A stretch of DNA of 64,000 nucleotides from positions 412-64,411 of the forward strand of contig JANXBG010000003.1 of assembly GCA_025060715.1 (NCBI GenBank), in the 5' to 3' direction. The position numbers were made by a program, and so were the translations under genes. This document shows positions 27,866 through 37,368 of the stretch, piece by piece. This DNA comes from a candidate division WOR-3 bacterium. GTDB taxonomy: Bacteria > Hydrothermota > Tepidihabitantia > Tepidihabitantales > DTDR01. The notes under the pieces were generated by a model. The model worked only from the letters and a program-made list of their open reading frames with translations, did not search any database and had not been told where the DNA came from. Positions within the stretch are counted from its first letter, which is position 1; every line of letters begins with the position of its first letter.

Positions 27866-28657
27866 GTGATAAATGATTTGACTTATGAGTGGCGAGTATT
27901 TTCTTATTTCTTACTGCCCAAGGAAACTCTAAAAATCAAAATAATTTCTCAAAAGCCAATTGGTTATTTTTATGAGGACGGTGAAGTAATTGAAAAGGCA
28001 AAGGAAGATAGTATAAAAGAGATTTATTATATTTTTGATACCCAAAGGCCTTATACCAAAATGGTTATTAGTGATGGTAAAAAAGAGATAAGGATAAATT
28101 TTCTTTCTCTAATTCCTTATAATAAAGAAAAGAGGCTTGGTGAATTTTATATTGGTAAGTATCCAAAATATAGCCGTCATCCTAATTTAAAAAATGTTAA
28201 AGGTTTTTTAAAAGTCTTACCCGAAATAAAAGATTTATATCTTTCTCCAGATTATCAATTAAAGGATTTTTTAAATTGCCGAAGTTCTTATATTTATTTA
28301 AGAGAAGAGCTTATTTATAAACTTCAGCTTTTTAGTGATTATTTAAAAAGTAAAGGGATAAAGAAAAATAAATTTAAAATCTATTCAGCCTTTCGGACAC
28401 CGGCACAAAATTATAGTGGTGGAGGGGGAAGAAATAGTTGCCATATGTATGGCGGTGCCTGTGATATTGGTTTAGATTTAGATGGCAATGGTAAAATTAG
28501 CTTAAAAGAAAAAAAAGAGCTATATAATTATGCACAAGATTTTGAAGAAAAAATATCAAAGGAATATCCTAAATTAGTTGGGGGCTTAGGTTATTATAGA
28601 AGAAAACCCTTTATCCATATAGATGTTCGAGGAGAAAAAGAAAGGTGGTTTAGATAA
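27866..28657 (+). CDS. peptidase M15A / DUF882 (YcbK-like) cell-wall peptidase (GTG start)
   Basis: The pattern SAFRTPAQN....SCHMYGGACDI...IHIDVR matches the zinc-ligand pattern S(G/A)(Y/F)R.P..N...S.H..G.A.D...H.D. Confidence 0.55.
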   Translation: MINDLTYEWRVFSYFLLPKETLKIKIISQKPIGYFYEDGEVIEKAKEDSIKEIYYIFDTQRPYTKMVISDGKKEIRINFLSLIPYNKEKRLGEFYIGKYPKYSRHPNLKNVKGFLKVLPEIKDLYLSPDYQLKDFLNCRSSYIYLREELIYKLQLFSDYLKSKGIKKNKFKIYSAFRTPAQNYSGGGGRNSCHMYGGACDIGLDLDGNGKISLKEKKELYNYAQDFEEKISKEYPKLVGGLGYYRRKPFIHIDVRGEKERWFR

Positions 28658-28674
28658 TTAAAAAGGAGGAAAAG

Positions 28675-30090
28675 ATGAAAAAACTTATTTTTCTTGTATT
28701 ACCCTTATTTGTTTTTAGTTATTATGATTTTTCATTGAGAAAATACTCCGAAATTTCTGAGCTTTTAGAAGACCCTTATGTGGATTATTATCTTAATCCT
28801 GCTCTTCTTACGGAATTAAAAGAAAGGTTTTTAAGTTTTAGCATCTACGGAAGTAATGGAAAAGCACAATTTACCAATTTAAGTTTTTTAAATATAAATA
28901 AACTTCTACCGTATGCTTTAATTTTTAATAATTTTGAAACGGAATTCTCTTCGGAAAAAAGTCTTTCCCTTCTTTTAGCAAGGAAAAGAAAAGATTATTC
29001 TTATGGATTTAAATTCCAAATTGGCGAAATAAGAAATTTTTATGAAGATCATTTTAATTATGAAGAAAGTGAGTACTATTTAGAAACGGAAGGGCCAATA
29101 GGAGACTCCACTGAGGATTATTTCTTTTTTGAAAATCATTATGATTTAGAAAAAACATTATCTAAAGAAATTTTTTCTTATTACGAAAAAAGTACCCTTC
29201 TTTTCTTCCCTTTCTCTTTTTATCTCAAATTTAAAGACTTAGAGGTTGGTATTGATTTAAAAAATTCCATAGAAAAAAGGATAAGGGCTGATAAAGAAGA
29301 AGAAGAAATATTAGAGATTAGAGAAGAATATTCCTATGAAAAAAATGGCGATACCACTTTAAACTTTTTGGAAGAGTATTTAATAAGTGAAATTAATTTT
29401 GATAACTATCGGACAGAAACAATAGAAACTTTAAAAGTATGGAACAAAGATATTTCGCTATTTTTAAGAAAGAGATTTAAAGGGATTAAGGAAAAGAAGA
29501 TCTTATTTAATAAAATTGGTTATTCCTTTGAAATTACAAAGGGAGTTTCTTATGAAAAAGCTTTGGAGAATATTTATGAAAGTCTTTTAGAATGGGAAAA
29601 GAGTTATGAAGATGGTGAATGGTATTTAGAATCTTCCTTTGAAGAAGATAGTAGTAGTACGAAAGAGGAATGGAGAGAACTTATTGCAGAAAAAAAAGAA
29701 AATCTTTATCAAGAAGGTGGCTTTGGTTTTACTTATTATTTTTCTTTTTTAAAACTGGATAATACGATATTTTTAGGAGTTAAAGAAAAAATCGATTTGA
29801 TTAAGAAAGAAGAAAAAAAATGGGAAAAGAAGGGTAAAGTCCTTTTTTATTTAGGAAATAATTTTGAAAAAGGCAAATTTTCTTTCTTACCAATATTTAT
29901 CCCTTATTGGACCTTTGAAGAGGATAAAACTGAAAATGATAATAAAATAAAAGTAAGTTACAATTATCAAGTGTTTTTTGATTTAAAATTTAAACTCTTT
30001 GATTTCTTAACTGGGCGTCTTAGTTATTTATTGCCGGCAGAAAAAGAAGCTTATAAAAGATGGATTTTAAGTCTTTATCTTAATTATTGA
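28675..30090 (+). CDS. secreted Glu/Lys-rich protein, possible outer-membrane protein
   Basis: It has a signal peptide (MKKLIFLVLPLFVFS), AAGGAGG upstream, and a C-terminus ending LSLYLNY (aromatic terminal residue). No recognisable domain. Confidence 0.4.
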   Translation: MKKLIFLVLPLFVFSYYDFSLRKYSEISELLEDPYVDYYLNPALLTELKERFLSFSIYGSNGKAQFTNLSFLNINKLLPYALIFNNFETEFSSEKSLSLLLARKRKDYSYGFKFQIGEIRNFYEDHFNYEESEYYLETEGPIGDSTEDYFFFENHYDLEKTLSKEIFSYYEKSTLLFFPFSFYLKFKDLEVGIDLKNSIEKRIRADKEEEEILEIREEYSYEKNGDTTLNFLEEYLISEINFDNYRTETIETLKVWNKDISLFLRKRFKGIKEKKILFNKIGYSFEITKGVSYEKALENIYESLLEWEKSYEDGEWYLESSFEEDSSSTKEEWRELIAEKKENLYQEGGFGFTYYFSFLKLDNTIFLGVKEKIDLIKKEEKKWEKKGKVLFYLGNNFEKGKFSFLPIFIPYWTFEEDKTENDNKIKVSYNYQVFFDLKFKLFDFLTGRLSYLLPAEKEAYKRWILSLYLNY

Positions 30091-30695
30091 GATAGGGCAT
30101 AAAGAAAGATATTAATCCCCATTCTTATCGCCTCTTCTCTTTTTTCGGGTGGGTCATTATATCTATCAGTCCAACCATCGCTAATGTTCGTATTCCAAGT
30201 ATAGAGAAGAATTAATCTTTTTTTATGAAAAATCCCAAAAGCCTTTGGACTTCCTTCATAATGCTCGTGGATTTTTGGCAATTTATTAAAAGAGTAAAAG
30301 ATATGAAAAATTGGAAAGTCAATAGGTAGTTCTATAAGTTCTTTGTCAGGAAAAACCTTTTTTATCTCTCGCCTAAAAGCAGTATCCATTCCATAATCAT
30401 CATCGGCATATAAAAAACCACCATTTAATAAATAATCTCTTAAATTCTTTGCCTCCTTTTCAGAAAAATTGATATTACCATGGCCGGTCATAAAGATAAA
30501 GGGATATTGATAAAGATTTTCCGAAAGTAAGGTTATTATCTCTTCCTTCTCTTCTACTTTTACACTGGTTCTTCTATTTATCTCTTTTGCCAAATTGGGA
30601 ATGATTTCCGGGTCATTATACCAATCGCCACCACCTTCATATTTTAAGCGGGCAATCGTCAGATTAAAGATTATTGAGAAAATAAGAAAAAACAT
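30084..30695 (-). CDS. DUF4159 domain protein
   Basis: ARLKYEGGGDWYNDPEIIPNLAKEI matches the DUF4159 hallmark (KY.GGGDWY..P..LPNL). It also has GHGNINFSEKEAKNLRDYLLNGGFLYADDDYGMD. Confidence 0.65.
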   Translation of the reverse strand: MFFLIFSIIFNLTIARLKYEGGGDWYNDPEIIPNLAKEINRRTSVKVEEKEEIITLLSENLYQYPFIFMTGHGNINFSEKEAKNLRDYLLNGGFLYADDDYGMDTAFRREIKKVFPDKELIELPIDFPIFHIFYSFNKLPKIHEHYEGSPKAFGIFHKKRLILLYTWNTNISDGWTDRYNDPPEKREEAIRMGINIFLYALSQ

Positions 30696-30716
30696 AATTA
30701 ATTATTATCTAAAAAA

Positions 30717-32186
30717 TTATTTTTTCAAATATAGGGAATATATCCTATCTTTTTTTAATAGATAAAAATTGTTTAAGAATTTCTTTTGGTAATCTTCATC
30801 TTGATAAAAAAGCACATTATAATAATTGTTATTAAAGAATTTATGAAAGCGAAAAGAGAAATCATTAAGGTTATTTTCAATAACAACTAAATCACAATAT
30901 TTTTCCGGTTCTTTCATTATTTTAATAATCTCCTTTTCATACCTATCATATTTATCATAGGCGTCAAAGATATTTTCGGGTCTTATTTTCAAAGCAAAAG
31001 AAAATACCTGAAATTCTTGACAAGATGGAATTAAAATTCTTTTATTTTTTAAATTAATATCTTTAAAAAAATCTTGAAAATATAAAATCTTCTCTTTTAC
31101 TATGGGATAATTAATATCAAGATGATGACCATAGGGAAATTTTTTGTCATAATGGTTTTTACCTGTGGATAAAATAGAAAAGATAGGGAGATTAAAAAAG
31201 AAATTGAAAAAGATTAAAAAAATAGTAAGGATTTTAAAAAGATTATTTTTTAAATTTTGGAGAGAGAAAAAAGGGGTTATAGTAAAAAAGGGAAGGGATA
31301 GTAGATAAAACCGTGAATAACCTAAACTGATATTAAGATATTCCAAAAGGAAATGGATAAATAAGGGAAGAAGAAGTAAGATTATTTTAAAATATTTTTT
31401 GTGAATTAAATATAAAAAACTGAGAAAGGAGATAATTGGTAAATAGCCAAATAATTCTTTTAAAATTTTAATATTAAAATTCAATAGATTTTTTAAATTA
31501 TAGGCATAGGGCAATATTCCACAAGTATCTTTTATTACTGGATGGTTATAAAAATAAAAGGGGTCTGAATATAGAAAATAATTCCAGATAAGCCAAAAGA
31601 TAATGCCTAAAAAGAATAAAAATACTTTCTTTGATTTTCTTAAATAAAAGAAGAATAAAAAAAAGGCAATGGGATAAAATTCATAACGGGTTAAAGTTCC
31701 TAAATTAACAACAATAATTAATTTACTTAAATCATCTTTAAGAAAATAATAAAAAGTTAAGATTAGAAAAAAAATTGTTAAAATCTCGGTCATCGGCGAG
31801 ATAGTATAGATTAATAGATAAGGATAAAATAAAAAAAGAAGAGAAGAGAAAAGAGAGTAAGGATGGGGGAGAAGTTTAAAAAGAAAATAGATAATTAAAA
31901 AGAGGATAAGAATATTGAGAATAGCACCAGCAAAGCCAGTAAAATATAAGTTATCAAAGAAAACAAAGGGTATTAAAAGAAGATGATAAAGAGGTAGCCA
32001 ACAAGTTCCCAGATTTTTAATTGTTGAATATTTACCATTATGGATAATATTTTTGGCAATATATAAATGGGAAAGACCATCTAAACAAGAGCTGGTATTC
32101 AAAAATTTTTGATAAAGAAAAAAGGCGGTTAATAAAGGAATAATTATTGTTAGAAAAAATATAAAAATTTTAAGAAATTTCATCAA
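30717..32186 (-). CDS. polytopic GT-C-like (ArnT/PMT-type) membrane glycosyltransferase candidate
   Basis: 489 aa, of which ~330 aa are multi-TM and ~150 aa form a soluble C-terminal domain. The first-loop D-containing motif is LDGLSHLYIAKNII. The call rests on architecture only. Confidence 0.35.
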   Translation of the reverse strand: MMKFLKIFIFFLTIIIPLLTAFFLYQKFLNTSSCLDGLSHLYIAKNIIHNGKYSTIKNLGTCWLPLYHLLLIPFVFFDNLYFTGFAGAILNILILFLIIYFLFKLLPHPYSLFSSLLFLFYPYLLIYTISPMTEILTIFFLILTFYYFLKDDLSKLIIVVNLGTLTRYEFYPIAFFLFFFYLRKSKKVFLFFLGIIFWLIWNYFLYSDPFYFYNHPVIKDTCGILPYAYNLKNLLNFNIKILKELFGYLPIISFLSFLYLIHKKYFKIILLLLPLFIHFLLEYLNISLGYSRFYLLSLPFFTITPFFSLQNLKNNLFKILTIFLIFFNFFFNLPIFSILSTGKNHYDKKFPYGHHLDINYPIVKEKILYFQDFFKDINLKNKRILIPSCQEFQVFSFALKIRPENIFDAYDKYDRYEKEIIKIMKEPEKYCDLVVIENNLNDFSFRFHKFFNNNYYNVLFYQDEDYQKKFLNNFYLLKKDRIYSLYLKK

Positions 32187-33331
32187 TAGATTTTCTTTAT
32201 CTTCTTTTTGGGATAATAATGGGAAAGGATTTCTTTATAATTATAACCTTTTTTTGCCATTGCCATTGCTCCATCTTGACACATTCCTTTACCATGGCCG
32301 TAACCATAACCAAGAATTTTTATTTTATCACCCCTCATCTTTATTTCCAACAATCTTGATTTTAGATCTAAGAGGCTGCGAAATTTCTCACCGGTAAGAT
32401 AAAAAATTCCAGCATTGGTATAAAATCTTATCTTTTTAACCCTTTGGGATTTTCTCTCTTTCTCTAATTTTATCTTTTTAATCCTTAAGGGTTTTTTCTT
32501 TTGATAATTTATTATTTTTTTTAAAATATTAACCAAATCATCCTTTTCTAAGCTTTTTTCCCATTTATAATTTTTACTATATTTACAGAAAGGAGGTTTA
32601 TGAAGGGAATATTTTTCGCTATCCCTTTTTCCACTATAAAGGAGACCGCCACAATTAGCGTGATACATCGCCTTAAAAATTCTGCCACTATTTATCAATA
32701 TCTCTCCTTTTGTTTCTTTTACTGCCTTAGTGGTTAAAAAGGTTTCTTTCTTCTTTCCCTCATAGGCTTGGTCTAAAATTGGTGAGGCAAAAATATCATA
32801 AATTTTTTTTTGATTTTGGAGCATTCTAAATAAAGCATAACTTCTGGCAGCAACCGCCTGTGCCTTAGCACTCTCATAATTTTTCTCATCAATCGGACCA
32901 ATCTCACAACTAACTACTGAAAAGAGATATTCTTCTAAAGGCAAGATATTGATAAGACAAGGTTTTTTATATTTCCAAACTGCTCCATAAACAATCTTAA
33001 AATATCCCCGATAGGCTTTATCCCGAAAATGAAGATAGGTATGGGGATAAGGAGTAATAATAACCGGTTCTTTTTCTAAATCAAATAAGAGCGAATCTTT
33101 TAAATAAACTTTATTTTCTTTTACCTTTATTAATCTATCTCTAATTTCTATCTTTTTATCCTTTTGGCTTAAAGTAAAATAACCCTTTAAGGAAAAGGTA
33201 TCTTCTTCAAAGCTGATTAAAACCCTAATATTTGGCTCAAATATTTTTCCTCTTTTCACAAAAGGAGCACAGGATATAAATAAAAGAACAAAGAAAAATC
33301 TATAAAAGTAAACTTTCTTATTTAATAACAA
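32183..33331 (-). CDS. SpoIID/LytB domain protein (amidase enhancer / lytic transglycosylase family)
   Basis: It has AQAVAARSYALF, YHANCGGLL and GHGKGMCQDGAMAMAKKGYNYKEILSHYY. Its stop overlaps the next gene's start (ATGA). Confidence 0.8.
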   Translation of the reverse strand: MLLNKKVYFYRFFFVLLFISCAPFVKRGKIFEPNIRVLISFEEDTFSLKGYFTLSQKDKKIEIRDRLIKVKENKVYLKDSLLFDLEKEPVIITPYPHTYLHFRDKAYRGYFKIVYGAVWKYKKPCLINILPLEEYLFSVVSCEIGPIDEKNYESAKAQAVAARSYALFRMLQNQKKIYDIFASPILDQAYEGKKKETFLTTKAVKETKGEILINSGRIFKAMYHANCGGLLYSGKRDSEKYSLHKPPFCKYSKNYKWEKSLEKDDLVNILKKIINYQKKKPLRIKKIKLEKERKSQRVKKIRFYTNAGIFYLTGEKFRSLLDLKSRLLEIKMRGDKIKILGYGYGHGKGMCQDGAMAMAKKGYNYKEILSHYYPKKKIKKIY

Positions 33332-34634
33332 TCTTTCTAAAAGAGCAAGAGGTCTCTTTTTGATAAAGAATAAAGTAAATCCCTTTTTTAAGAGGTTTAT
33401 TATTTTCCAAGATCTTTCTACCTAAAAAATCATAAATCTTTATTTTTCTAAAGGTGTTCGCTTTCTTTGGTTTTCTCTCTTCTATTTTGCTGATTCTTTC
33501 GCCACCGGAAAAGATGATTACCGGATAATCCGAACTGGGCAAAGAAAGGGCTTCTCTTATTAAACTTCTCTCATTAGGTGACAAAGGTAAAGTTAAAGAA
33601 CCTGCTAAATTTAAAGATTTTGCCTGTAATAACATTTGGATACCAACAAAGCCAGCCTCTAATAATTGATAATTAGAACTGGTGTCACCAACTGAGATAA
33701 CGATATAAACCGGAGCGGTTTGGGGAATTCGGGGGATAGCATTTCTTAAAGCACTTCTTCTATCTTCATTAACAATTAATTCAATTCTGTGGTCAGCAGT
33801 TGTCAAATTTGTTCCTGGCGGCAAGCGGTTATGATAACGATAAACACCATATTCGTTGACTAAATAGATTCTTCTTGTTAGGTAATAATTAGCGATCGCA
33901 CTAGGGACAGTTAAACCTCGCCGGTTATTGGCAGTCATATGAGGAGTAACCCCATAACCTGCCCATAAGATTTGAGAAACTTTGCTAAGAGATAGGGGAG
34001 TAGGTAAAAATAAAGTATCAAAACCTAAATTATTTATTAAGATTTCAAAAGTATCGTTCTGATAGATAACCGGTCTTGGTAAAGAAGAGTCGGAAGAGAT
34101 AGCAATATTCGTTGTATCAATTCCCCTTCTTTGGGCAAAACCGTGAATATTAACCATTCTAATTGGATGATAGGGTGACCAATTATTATTGGCATAATTA
34201 GTAGCACTTTGCATTGGACAGGAGACGGCATTAGATAAAGAATCCCAGAAACTGGTTGCTGAAAGTAAGCCAAGTTGGATTAAAAAACCGGCCTCTTCGT
34301 ACCTTTCGGTAGCAACACCAATCTCAAAGGCGGAACTACTATTAGAACGGCGATTGCCAGAAAGATGTAAAACTAAGGCATGATTTTCGGGATTATAGAG
34401 ATAAAGATTGTTTGGTTTGGCAACATAAATTTCCCGATAACTACCAATTTGTGGTGCCCTTGACATTGCCCATAAAATATTACTCAATACTTGATCCGAT
34501 AGATTAGCAGTAAAACCTGAATGAAAAGAATAACGGCTATTACTAATAACCTCAAAGGAATTCCTATTTATTACCGGTGACGGTAGAGTTTCCACTGGTA
34601 GGATAAGAAAAGAGAAAAAAATAAAATTAATCAT
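33318..34634 (-). CDS. secreted tandem nitroreductase/SagB-like domain protein with a T9SS tail
   Basis: The N-terminus is a hydrophobic leader. Two halves each show an NTR-fold signature. Half 1 is LSDQVLSNILWAMSRAP...REIYVAKPNNLYLYNPENHAL...EEAGFLIQ. Half 2 is LSKVSQILWAGYGVT...RRGLTVPSAIANYYLTRRIYLVNEYGVYRYH...LLEAGFVGIQMLLQAKSLNLAG. The tail is IKIYDFLGRKILENNKPLKKGIYFILYQKETSCSFRKIVIK. Confidence 0.55.
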   Translation of the reverse strand: MINFIFFSFLILPVETLPSPVINRNSFEVISNSRYSFHSGFTANLSDQVLSNILWAMSRAPQIGSYREIYVAKPNNLYLYNPENHALVLHLSGNRRSNSSSAFEIGVATERYEEAGFLIQLGLLSATSFWDSLSNAVSCPMQSATNYANNNWSPYHPIRMVNIHGFAQRRGIDTTNIAISSDSSLPRPVIYQNDTFEILINNLGFDTLFLPTPLSLSKVSQILWAGYGVTPHMTANNRRGLTVPSAIANYYLTRRIYLVNEYGVYRYHNRLPPGTNLTTADHRIELIVNEDRRSALRNAIPRIPQTAPVYIVISVGDTSSNYQLLEAGFVGIQMLLQAKSLNLAGSLTLPLSPNERSLIREALSLPSSDYPVIIFSGGERISKIEERKPKKANTFRKIKIYDFLGRKILENNKPLKKGIYFILYQKETSCSFRKIVIK

Positions 34635-34640
34635 TACATA

Positions 34641-34668
34641 ATAATATTAAAAAATATTAAAAAGTCAA
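34641..34668 (-). promoter_or_regulatory. sigma70-type promoter, leaderless type, of the envelope operon
   Basis: On the minus strand: TTGACT (34668-34663), 16 nt, TATTAT (34646-34641), 6 nt, then ATG at 34634. Confidence 0.45.
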
Positions 34669-34894
34669 GAAAATTAAAGAATTATTTCGATCTTAATTTT
34701 GAAAATAAAAAGGCTACAAAGTGATAGGCTTAATCAGTTATTCCTTCTTTACTTTATTAATGTTTCAAAAAAAATCTAAGGCATTGTTGATTTTTAATTT
34801 TTATTATTTTATAATTTTTGTTATGTTGTTTTTCTTTTCTAACGGATGACAATTGGTGTAGATAGGTTGTTAGTAATAGTTATCTAAAAGTTTA

Positions 34895-35690
34895 ATGAAG
34901 CGATTTTGGATAGTTGATTTTTTTATTAATTTTCCCGTGTATATTTCTCCGATTATTAGTCATAACGGTTTTTATTATTTAACAAACCAATATGGCAATT
35001 TTTCAAAAAATTTATATGATATTTCACCAACTATCTTTTTTAGAGATAATCTCTTTCATAGCATTTGGATAAAAAGTTTGGAAGATAATGGATATAAACT
35101 TTATTATTCCATTGGTAGAGTAGATTCTTTTTGCATCTATCAAATAAAAAATAGTACCCTCGGCGATTTTGGTTTTAAGGAAGGTCCTTATATTTCCGTT
35201 TTGTTCAAAAGAATTTGCCTCCTCAGTTATTGGAATGGTAATTTTAAGAGATACCAATTTTCAGTGAGAAGGTTTGATAACTACTAAAATTTATAACAAA
35301 GAAAATAAGGAGATATTCTTTTATGCTTCAGGAATAGCGGTTGGAGAAAAATCTGTTGTTTTTATAAAACAGCAGATTCCAAAATTTAAGAATTTTATTA
35401 ATTGATGAGCAATACTAACACTTCTGAATATGAAAAGTTTCTTTGTAAAAGATGATAAGGTGCATATTTTTTGGAAAAGAATAAACGGTAATTTTGCAAC
35501 AAGAATGATTTGGTGTTCTTCTAATTTTACAAATCATGAGGTAGATTTAAAAGGCTTAGCAGATGTTAGAACTAATGGTGGTTTAGCTATTAGTTATTTT
35601 TTACTTACCTATCAGGGCGATATCGGTTATCCTATTTTCTGCTTAAAAAGCCAAGTTTTTTCAAGCGTAAAAAAAGAGAAAATTGATTAG
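34895..35690 (+). pseudogene. probable disrupted gene of unknown function (three in-line ORF pieces)
   Basis: ORF 34895-35287 stops at TAA. A second frame is open from 35268 to 35402 (EGLITTKIYNKENKEIFFYASGIAVGEKSVVFIKQQIPKFKNFIN) and ends in TGATGA. The same frame then continues as ORF 35430-35690. One frameshift plus an in-frame double stop would give ~265 aa. Confidence 0.35.
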
Positions 35691-36777
35691 AATTCCTTTC
35701 ATTGATTTAAAAAGAGAATACCAATTTTTTAAAAAGGATTTTAAGAAGTTAGATAGTTTTTTAAAAAAAGGAAAGTATATTTTAGGAAAGGAGTTAGAAC
35801 TTTTTGAGAAGACCTTTGCTAAATTTTTTTCTTTTAAAAATAATTTGTATGCCATTGGTGTTAATTCGGGAACTGATGCTTTGATTTTGGCATTAAGGGC
35901 ATTAAAAGTAAAAGAAGGAGATGAGATAATAACCACCTCTTTCTCTTTTATTTCTACTGCTTTAGCAATCTTACACTTAAGAGCAAAACCGGTTTTTGTT
36001 GATATTAAAGAAGATTATAATATTTCACCAAAGGAAATAAAAAAAGCAATATCAAAAAAAACAAAGGGAATAATTATTGTTCATCTTTTCGGGCTTCCTT
36101 GCGATATGGAAGAGATATTAGATATTAAAAATAAATATGGACTTTTTCTGATTGAAGATTGTGCCCAAAGTTTTGGTGCAAAATATAAAGATAGTTATTG
36201 TGGCCTTTTTGGTGAAATTAGTTGTTTTTCCTTTTATCCAACAAAAAATTTATCCTGTTTCGGTGATGGAGGGATGTGTTTGACCAAATCTTTTTATTTT
36301 TATAATAAAATAAAAGAATTGCGAAATCCCAATTTAGATAAAGCAATTGTTGATGATATCGGGTGTAATTCCCGTTTAGACGCCCTTCAGGCGAAAATTT
36401 TAAGAATAAAATTAAAAAAGATAAAATTTTTATTAAAAAAAAGAAGGACTTTTGCCAAAATTTATAACAAAAATTTAGCTTCCCTGCTAATTTGTCCAAA
36501 AGAAGAAGAAAATAAAATTCATGCTTACAATATTTATACAATAAGAGTAGAGGATAACAAAAAATTAAAAAAATATTTAGAAAAATTAGGAATTGAAACC
36601 AAAATTTATTATCCTTATCCATTATTTTATCACCCGATTTTTAAAAATAATTCTCGGATAATTTCCTTTTCTAATGCCGAAAGGTTTTCTAAACAGGTTT
36701 TAAGCTTACCTTTATATCCCTTTTTAAAGAAAAAAGAGATAAGAGAAATTATTAATGGAATAAAAAGTTATTTTTAA
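35683..36777 (+). CDS. DegT/DnrJ/EryC1/StrS family sugar aminotransferase
   Basis: It starts IPFIDLKREY and has GKELELFEKTFA, NSGTDALILALRAL and a PLP-lysine motif (FSFYPTKNLSCFGDGG). Confidence 0.85.
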   Translation: MIRIPFIDLKREYQFFKKDFKKLDSFLKKGKYILGKELELFEKTFAKFFSFKNNLYAIGVNSGTDALILALRALKVKEGDEIITTSFSFISTALAILHLRAKPVFVDIKEDYNISPKEIKKAISKKTKGIIIVHLFGLPCDMEEILDIKNKYGLFLIEDCAQSFGAKYKDSYCGLFGEISCFSFYPTKNLSCFGDGGMCLTKSFYFYNKIKELRNPNLDKAIVDDIGCNSRLDALQAKILRIKLKKIKFLLKKRRTFAKIYNKNLASLLICPKEEENKIHAYNIYTIRVEDNKKLKKYLEKLGIETKIYYPYPLFYHPIFKNNSRIISFSNAERFSKQVLSLPLYPFLKKKEIREIINGIKSYF

Positions 36778-36865
36778 TAAAATTACTAAATTTCAAATTC
36801 AACTTTTTATAACTTTGCCAAAAAATGTCGCTATTTGTCACAATCTCTCTTTACTTACTATCTCT

Positions 36866-36953
36866 TAGTTTTTCCTAATATTATTTGAAGATTTTAATTA
36901 AAAAAGGGAAGGGGGTATGATAGGGGGTATGGTCTTAGGGTCTAATAAAGATT
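36866..36953 (+). repeat. possible degenerate copy (G) of the intergenic repeat family
   Basis: TAGTTTTTCCTAAT...AAAAGGGAAGGGGGTATGATAGGGGGTATGGTCTTAGGGTCTAATAAAGATT parallels TAGATATTTTCTTAAT...AAAGAAGGGGGCAGTATAGTATATGGTATAGGTATTAAATAATAATT of copy A. It lies upstream of and co-oriented with the tRNA-Ala promoter. Confidence 0.3.
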
Positions 36954-37226
36954 AACTTTCTTATTTATATTTTTATTCAGCAGTTATTAATGATTTTTAT
37001 AGTGTTTTTCTAGTTTAATAAAATATGATATTTTTATCTTAATAAAATAGAGTTTAATGGTTTAATAGGAGTTAAACTATGGGAGTGGATGGGGAATTTA
37101 GTTGATAAATGCCAGTGAGAATTGGAGTAGAGATAAGTAATAAAAGTAATACAATTAATCTTTTAAATGAAATGATTTTGTCTTTGGATAATTTGAGCGG
37201 GTGCTTTTTATTTAAATTAAAATCGC

Positions 37227-37254
37227 TTGACGAATAGAAAAATTTTGTTAAAAT
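37227..37254 (+). promoter_or_regulatory. sigma70-type promoter of the tRNA-Ala/pdaD unit
   Basis: TTGACG (37227-37232), 16 nt, TAAAAT (37249-37254). It ends 23 nt upstream of tRNA position 1. Confidence 0.45.
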
Positions 37255-37277
37255 TTTACATAATAAAAATGAGGTCT

Positions 37278-37349
37278 GGGGCAGTAGTTCAGTGGGAGAA
37301 CGCCTCGTTCGCAACGAGGAGGTCGGCGGTTCAAATCCGCTCTGCTCCA
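37278..37349 (+). tRNA. tRNA-Ala (anticodon CGC), CCA not encoded
   Basis: The cloverleaf was folded by hand. The acceptor is GGGGCAG/CTGCTCC with the G3:U70 alanine identity pair. The anticodon stem CCTCG/CGAGG carries loop TTCGCAA, and the T-arm is GGCGG TTCAAAT CCGCT. The discriminator is A, followed by AAA. Confidence 0.9.
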
Positions 37350-37368
37350 AAAGTTTTTTATAAAGTAA

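Noticed and set aside
33318-34634. Apparent higher G+C of the NTR-like cargo gene (also 48355-48993) as a sign of recent horizontal transfer
   Set aside because: This is an impression by eye only. I did not compute composition or codon usage, and the gene is integrated into an overlapping operon with a native-type leaderless promoter.
35403-35408. In-frame TGATGA as evidence for UGA recoding
   Set aside because: TGA terminates several well-defined genes here at conserved C-termini or coupled overlaps (the MazG-like gene, trmD, the DUF4097 gene, pdaD and efp). Standard code 11 fits, so pseudogenisation is the simpler reading.
36907-36940. Four G-runs (GGG AAGGGGG...AGGGGG...TAGGG) as a G-quadruplex
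   Set aside because: The loops are long (up to 11 nt). The G-runs are better explained as the conserved core of the intergenic repeat family. There is no independent support.
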